From assembly GCA_905178155.1 (NCBI GenBank), contig CAJINV010000012.1, forward strand, positions 2,457,407-2,521,406: a stretch of 64,000 nucleotides of DNA, written 5' to 3'. Below the pieces are notes generated by a model. That model worked only from the letters and a program-made list of their open reading frames with translations, was not told where the DNA came from and did no database searches. Position 1 is the stretch's first letter; each line of letters starts with the position of its first letter. Shown in pieces: positions 58,901 through 64,000 of this stretch. Position numbers and translations under genes: made by a program. Source of the stretch: Amoebophrya sp. A120 (lineage: Eukaryota; Protista; Dinoflagellata).

Positions 58901-61412
58901 TTCCTGGATAGCGGTTCGTCAACTCGCGGTAAATCCGTTTTGCGTGGTTTTTCCAGCTCCCATTCGAGATTTCGCCGCTGCTGAAGCCGGAGGGCAGGAA
59001 AACCACATTGATGCTGTCGGATTTCGCGCGGTGCTGCGACAAAATCTTGCACTTGCTGTGGGAATCGTCGAAATTGTTTCGGTTTTGTTGTACGACTGCG
59101 TTCGAAGATGTTGAAACTACCGGCGCCGGTGCGGCGGCGGAAGCGGAAAACTGCTGCACTACGGGGGGAGGAGGTGTGGTGGTACTATCCTCACACGCGC
59201 GTAATCCTCCGGCCGTGCTGCAGTCGGTTTTGCATTTGGAGTTCTGGGCGCACATCTGATATCCATTCGGGCACACCTTGCGGCCGCCGTGGGCATTGCA
59301 ACAGCTCCAGCCCTCGAGACCGACGTTGCAGACCGTGTTGTCCCCGCAAAGCATTTCATTCGTGTCCAAGGGCACCGGCGGATCCCAGGGACACTGCCAG
59401 GGACACTGGAGTTTTTTCTCCGACGGACAGGCTGGGTTCGAAGTTGTGGTGGTCGTAGTCGTAGAGGTTGTTGTGCTAGTGCTAGCAGTTGTCGTTTGAG
59501 TTTCCTCGTATTCATCCTCATTATAGTCCGATTCCGAGGAACTTCCGTAGTCGCTGCTCTCGCCGTTAGCACTGGGCAGATCAGAGTTCGTGCCATAATC
59601 AGAAGTGTCTTCCTGGTCACTCGTAGCGCCCCCGCCCGCCGCGGAAGTAGATGACATCATTTCCGTATCCAATAAAAAACGTTGTAGGTGTAACTTTTTT
59701 GGCGGAACAGCATTACAAATCTGGGTGACATGACAGCAAAAACCTGTCATGCGCAGATAGTATGCGAAAACGCCCTGTAATGGGCCCTACAATGCATGCC
59801 AAGCATGACAGACGCAATCATCTTGCATGTTGCGCATCACAAATTTCCACTAGCAACGTTTTCTTCTTGGATATTCCGGACACTTCCGGACCCCGCCATG
59901 TCCCTCGTTGCAGCCTGTCTCCGCTGGAAGCATGCAGCAGAAGTCTTTTATGCATTGCAAAAGTATCGTACTAGTATAAATTGCATCACAAATGTTTTCA
60001 AGAAGAAAAATGGAATTTGTAATGCTGATTTACCCAAAAAGGGATATCTGTCATGCATGATCGCAATTACTACGAGCGCGATACTTTTGCACAGGATATC
60101 TTTTCCGCCCGCGCAGTCGTTGTCGTACGCACACATGCCGTGTTATGCAATACAAATTTCCCGTACATATACAAGATGCATCACAAATTTCACCAATTTA
60201 AAGCGTGAAACTTGTCATGCTAAACGAGGACCGGAGCCAAGTTTTGTCATGCAGGGACCGCATTTCTACGTGTATTAAGTACGGGAAATTTACATTGCAT
60301 ACGTGTCCCAGTGGGCATCGCGCCCGGCCGCCGTGCGAGACGCAGGCGTCCGCGTTGGCCCAGTCTTCCTGTTCTTTGGAAGAAGAGTGGGGGTTTTGCA
60401 CCGTCCCGTCGTTGCATTCCATTTCGTACTCGTTCGTTGTCGTCCGGACTTCGTTTTGCAGCGTCAGAAAGGGGCAATTTTTCGGGTGGAAATCCTCGTT
60501 CGTGTTGCTCTCCGACGTGCTGCGTCGGCGGCGGCGCCGCCCGGTGGGAGTGCTGGCCGTCTCTGTGGAAGTAGACCGACGCCGCCCGTCTCGCCGCCGC
60601 CCGTCGCGCCGTCTGCCATCGCGTCGTCGCCGACGGCTGTCCTGGAGTTCCTGTTCTTCCTTCGAGTTTCTCTCGACCATGGAGGATGACGAGGATGTTG
60701 TAGCGCTCATCTCACTTCCCGGGGTGGAGTGGTCGTCTTCATAATCATGAGCCTCGTTTTCAACATCTTGTTCACCCGAAGAAGATGGCACTTTTTGCGG
60801 TTCAGTCTGATGCTGATCTGCTACAACGTCGTTGTCCTCGTCGCCACCTGGAATTTTCGTCGCCTTCTCCTCCGGTAGTTGTAACACCCCAGAAGATTCG
60901 CTCCTGGTTTTACTGGAGTCGCCAGCTGCTGCCACTTTCTGTTGTTTCCGCAACTGCAGTAGCGTACTTTTCGGTGCACCTGGTTTAATATTTTCGTGTT
61001 GACCTGCCTGTTTCTTTTCAGTGTTTCGGTTTTTCGCCAGCAAGCTCTGCTTTTCTTTCTCAACAACATCGCTTGCCGTGGCCGTGGTAGCGGGTGCAGC
61101 AGCTGGTGCGATGAAAGGCTCCGGTTTAATGTTCTCCTTCGCCTCTTGTGCTTGTGGATCTCCTCGTCCCTCGGCACCATGGTTCATGATCGCTGCCGGC
61201 GCCACCTTGGCCGTCTTGACATTCCGCTTCAGCAGGTTCTTCGGCGTGGCCACGAAAGCCTCCACACAGAAAATTGCACCTTGGCCGCCGTTGCCCAGCA
61301 TCCTTCTGGCGACCTCCTGCTGCGTCGCCAGGACGAGCAGGATGAAAGCGGTTCTCTTCATCGCAGAAGTAGGTCCCATAGGACCTTCTACGGCGCTGAA
61401 ATAGGACAACAT
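55965..61412 (-). CDS. Secreted zinc metallopeptidase, M64-like, with two Cys-rich domains (paralog 2)
   Basis: MKRTAFILLVLA signal-like stretch; SINVVFLPSGF; AAHELSHSMFGLGDEY; C-terminal VRVPRKSFAVILQFGE matches paralog 1 LRVSRKSFPVILQRGE; 9 TIR elements. Confidence 0.8.
56071..56395. mobile_element. TIR introner-like element (family B)
   Basis: TIRs; DR gaatg/gcatg; frame restored. Confidence 0.88.
56829..56997. mobile_element. TIR introner-like element (family A)
   Basis: TIRs; DR ttcgg/ttcgg. Confidence 0.88.
57406..57567. mobile_element. TIR introner-like element (family A)
   Basis: TIRs; DR tctcg/tctcg. Confidence 0.9.
57984..58250. mobile_element. TIR introner-like element (family B)
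   Basis: TIRs; DR agtag/agtag; body similar to 5309-5568. Confidence 0.9.
58351..58612. mobile_element. TIR introner-like element (family B)
   Basis: TIRs; DR agctg/agctg; body similar to 51950-52211. Confidence 0.9.
58701..58910. mobile_element. TIR introner-like element (family I)
   Basis: TIRs; DR gcggt/gcggt. Confidence 0.92.
59666..59873. mobile_element. TIR introner-like element (family I-related, inverted)
   Basis: TATCCAATAAAAAACGTTG..CAACGTTTTCTTCTTGGATA; DR ttccg/ttccg. Confidence 0.9.
59949..60098. mobile_element. TIR introner-like element (family A)
   Basis: TIRs; DR tcttt/tcttt. Confidence 0.9.
60144..60301. mobile_element. TIR introner-like element (family E)
   Basis: TIRs; DR cgtgt/cgtgt. 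Confidence 0.9.
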
Positions 61413-62929
61413 GTTCTTTCTTTGAGGTTGAGGATTGTTTACGATTTTCCAAAAAAATAGAGTAGTACAAGTAGTGTTTTCATCAAAGCGAGGAAGAAAC
61501 AGAGAACTGCTGCTCCCGGAACTGCAGTTTACCCGTGCAACAGGGAAAAAAGCAACACTGATGTGGGCGTAAGCAATAAATCAGAAAAATTGCATCAGAA
61601 GTTGTGCACGTAGTTCTGAGATGGCGTCGAGCGCACCAGGATCATAGAGGAAACGAGTGAACTTTCATCGGTGGTCCAAAATTATCACTTGACCAGTTCA
61701 CAACACGATTAAGATTATACTTCACGTACGACTCCAAATACAAGCTGCACGACCACCGTGACTTATCTTCATGTTGTACGATGAGAATGAAACGACGAGG
61801 AAAGGCCACAGAAAGACCAAAACGAATGCGATTGAGATGCTTTTTCGTTATTTCTAAACCACGTTACTCTTCAACAGAGAGTGATAGATTTTGTCGTGAT
61901 TGGCCCTTGCATCTTCATCACACTGCATCAAGATTTCCACGTTTATTGATGAGCCTATTCAACACGAACGTCTTTTCGACGAAATACTTACATCAACATT
62001 TCGAAGGACGTTTTGGAGGACGAACAAATCCAGCGTGTGTCATCGTCGTAGTTCGGGCGATATTTTTTATGAAGAGTCGTGACGAACATCTTCACCAATG
62101 GTGCGGCTTGAAGTTGCACAAGACAATATTAAGCAATGTTGAGCGCATCTGCTCCTCGTCACTACACCAGAGAAGTCATGAATATCATGAGTACCACCTG
62201 GAAACCAACAGACACACGAAAATTTTTACCCGAACCCGAGTCCAATCAGTTATGTCATGGGCTTCTCATGCCCTTTGTGCTTTCAGTCTTCAAATTCAAC
62301 ATTTGTTACAACAGTATATGGTTTTTTCAGTAAAACAATTGGGTGTTGTGCCTGCTTGCCAATAAATCATACAAAGAATTTGGAAGTGGGGCGTGCTCGT
62401 GTGTGAGGTTTATTAGGGTCTTGCTCCGATTGCGATTTCATCGAGTGTAGCACGCTACACCGGTTGACAGGCGAGCTCGTGTTGACCAATAGGCTTCAGA
62501 GCTCGAAGAGAAAGAAGTTCAAAATCATATCATACAGGTGTTGGAAAAAGTCAGAGCTCAAAATAAATGTCATGCGGGCTTTGGGAAGTTTGAGAAAACT
62601 ATAAAGCTTAAAATTATCTGCTGGCGTTGATGAAGAAGCATCATGCCCGGTGTTGTGCTAGTAGAAAGCAAAACGAAGTCCGGCGCCCACAAGTGAAGAG
62701 GCTCCAACAGACATGAGTCAACTCGTCAAAACACCAACATCTGTCCAATAGGTACTTACTAGAGAACGTCGTGAAGATCAAGATCGTGAAGTTCATCCAT
62801 GACAGGTGGAAAAATAACCAAAAACAAAAAATCATACATGTTGACATACAGAAGAGAATAAAGGTCATCTTTCCAAACGATGACATCTTCGAGGCAGGAG
62901 GAGCACAACTCCTCACTCTATCTTCCATT

Positions 62930-64000
62930 TCAGACCATTTTCCACTCCTGCATGGAAATGGCCATATCCACAATAGCTTTCTTTTTGTCCCGGAAGTCTT
63001 TTTGTTCCATTTTCAACACCTTCGCCACGTTCCCCATGTCCACCTCGACCTCGTCAAAGCCCTGCAAATGCAGCATGTCCGCCACAGCCTCAATCTTCAA
63101 GTAGTCGCGCAGAAACCGGAGTAATCCCGCCGGAATCCGGAACCACGGGCGGGTGGTGGGGAAGATAGAAGTTGAAGTAGATGATGCTTGTTTATCATTA
63201 TTTCCACTACGACCTCCGCTACGTCCTCCGTTGCTCAACACCGCATTGGCCAACTGAATAAACTCGACCGCGTTGACGCCGCCGTTGCACGCTAAAAACC
63301 GGTGCCCAGCCGCCTCTTCGCTGTTCTCAATAGCGGCCACGTGCATGCGCGCGACATCCCGCACGTCGACAATCTGCACTCCGATGGGGGGCGCGAGCGG
63401 TGCTTTCGAGAACTGCTCTAACAGCGCCGTCGACTCGCAGGCCTTCGGCAACAGCAGTGGCCCGAACACGCCGGCCGGGCAAATGGTCGAGATTTTCAGG
63501 TTGTTTTTACTTTTCTTTTTGTAGTAGTCCCACGCAATTTTCTCGGCTTTCGTTTTCCCCAGCGGGTACGCGAAACGCTTTTTGCTGATGGATTCCAGTT
63601 CTGCTTCCTTGGTCCAGTGCTTGCTCGCGTTTATGGCAACCCCGGCGTTTACAAAATCCCGCTGAATGTCGTGGCCGGCAATCACGGCGGCCACGGAGCT
63701 GGTCACGACGCAATGCTCGACGTTTTCACAACAACACGCCTCCAAAACCTTTCGAGTGCCCTCAACCGCGGGTAGAATTAACTCCTTCTCCGGATCCACG
63801 GCTTTCTCCTGCGCAAAGTACGGCGACGCCACGTGCAACACATATTGGCACCCCTTCACAGCCTCCCGCCAATCCTCGAGGCTCGAAGCGACCAAGTCCA
63901 GGCCGCCGATGAGCTCTAGGCTTCCATCCGGCGCGACCTCATTCACCAGACGGTCACAGTCTTTGTTCCATTGTTCTGCCCGGATAGTGCCGACAATCTG
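62930..64000 (-). CDS. NAD(P)-dependent epimerase/dehydratase, extended SDR (dihydroflavonol-4-reductase/cinnamoyl-CoA reductase-like), 5' end outside window
   Basis: GCQYVLHVASP, PAVEGTRKVLEAC, VVTSSVAAV, catalytic YPLGKTKAE (YxxxK), VDVRDVARMHV. Confidence 0.9.
   Translation of the reverse strand, partial: QIVGTIRAEQWNKDCDRLVNEVAPDGSLELIGGLDLVASSLEDWREAVKGCQYVLHVASPYFAQEKAVDPEKELILPAVEGTRKVLEACCCENVEHCVVTSSVAAVIAGHDIQRDFVNAGVAINASKHWTKEAELESISKKRFAYPLGKTKAEKIAWDYYKKKSKNNLKISTICPAGVFGPLLLPKACESTALLEQFSKAPLAPPIGVQIVDVRDVARMHVAAIENSEEAAGHRFLACNGGVNAVEFIQLANAVLSNGGRSGGRSGNNDKQASSTSTSIFPTTRPWFRIPAGLLRFLRDYLKIEAVADMLHLQGFDEVEVDMGNVAKVLKMEQKDFRDKKKAIVDMAISMQEWKMV

Noticed and set aside
1542-60301. 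Autonomous transposase or reverse transcriptase for the elements
   Set aside because: No DDE/D, HUH, tyrosine-recombinase or RT motifs recognised in any ORF; the elements are too short to encode one.
1283-61412. Interpretation of the interrupted genes as pseudogenes
   Set aside because: Exons rejoin in frame with intact conserved motifs (RPF1, PUF, M64) and no internal stops at the junctions checked.

Overview
Eukaryotic genomic DNA, most likely from an Amoebophrya-like syndinian dinoflagellate parasite (inferred from intron architecture, not from a search). All recognisable genes are on the minus strand: a large Pumilio/PUF RNA-binding protein, two or more hypothetical genes, a divergent PARG-like protein, RPF1, a small secreted protein, two tandem M64-type (HExxHxxxGLxDEY) secreted metallopeptidase paralogs and a 5'-truncated NAD(P)-dependent epimerase/reductase. 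The dominant feature is about 75 short (112-352 bp, one 696 bp) insertions in coding exons. They belong to about 10 sequence families, and nearly all are bounded by TAT...ATA terminal inverted repeats and a 5-nt direct repeat. At the roughly 14 junctions I translated by hand, removing the element plus one repeat copy restores the reading frame. At several of these no GT-AG or GC-AG boundary is possible. Members of a family occur in both orientations relative to the host gene. Families with unrelated TIRs share a dispersed GCATNACAAA motif. This points to a symmetric, non-spliceosomal-like removal system coexisting with ordinary GT-AG introns. Intergenic DNA lacks these elements but carries palindrome arrays, a satellite and an assembly gap. 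Family letters A-J are my own labels, and coordinates were counted by eye.
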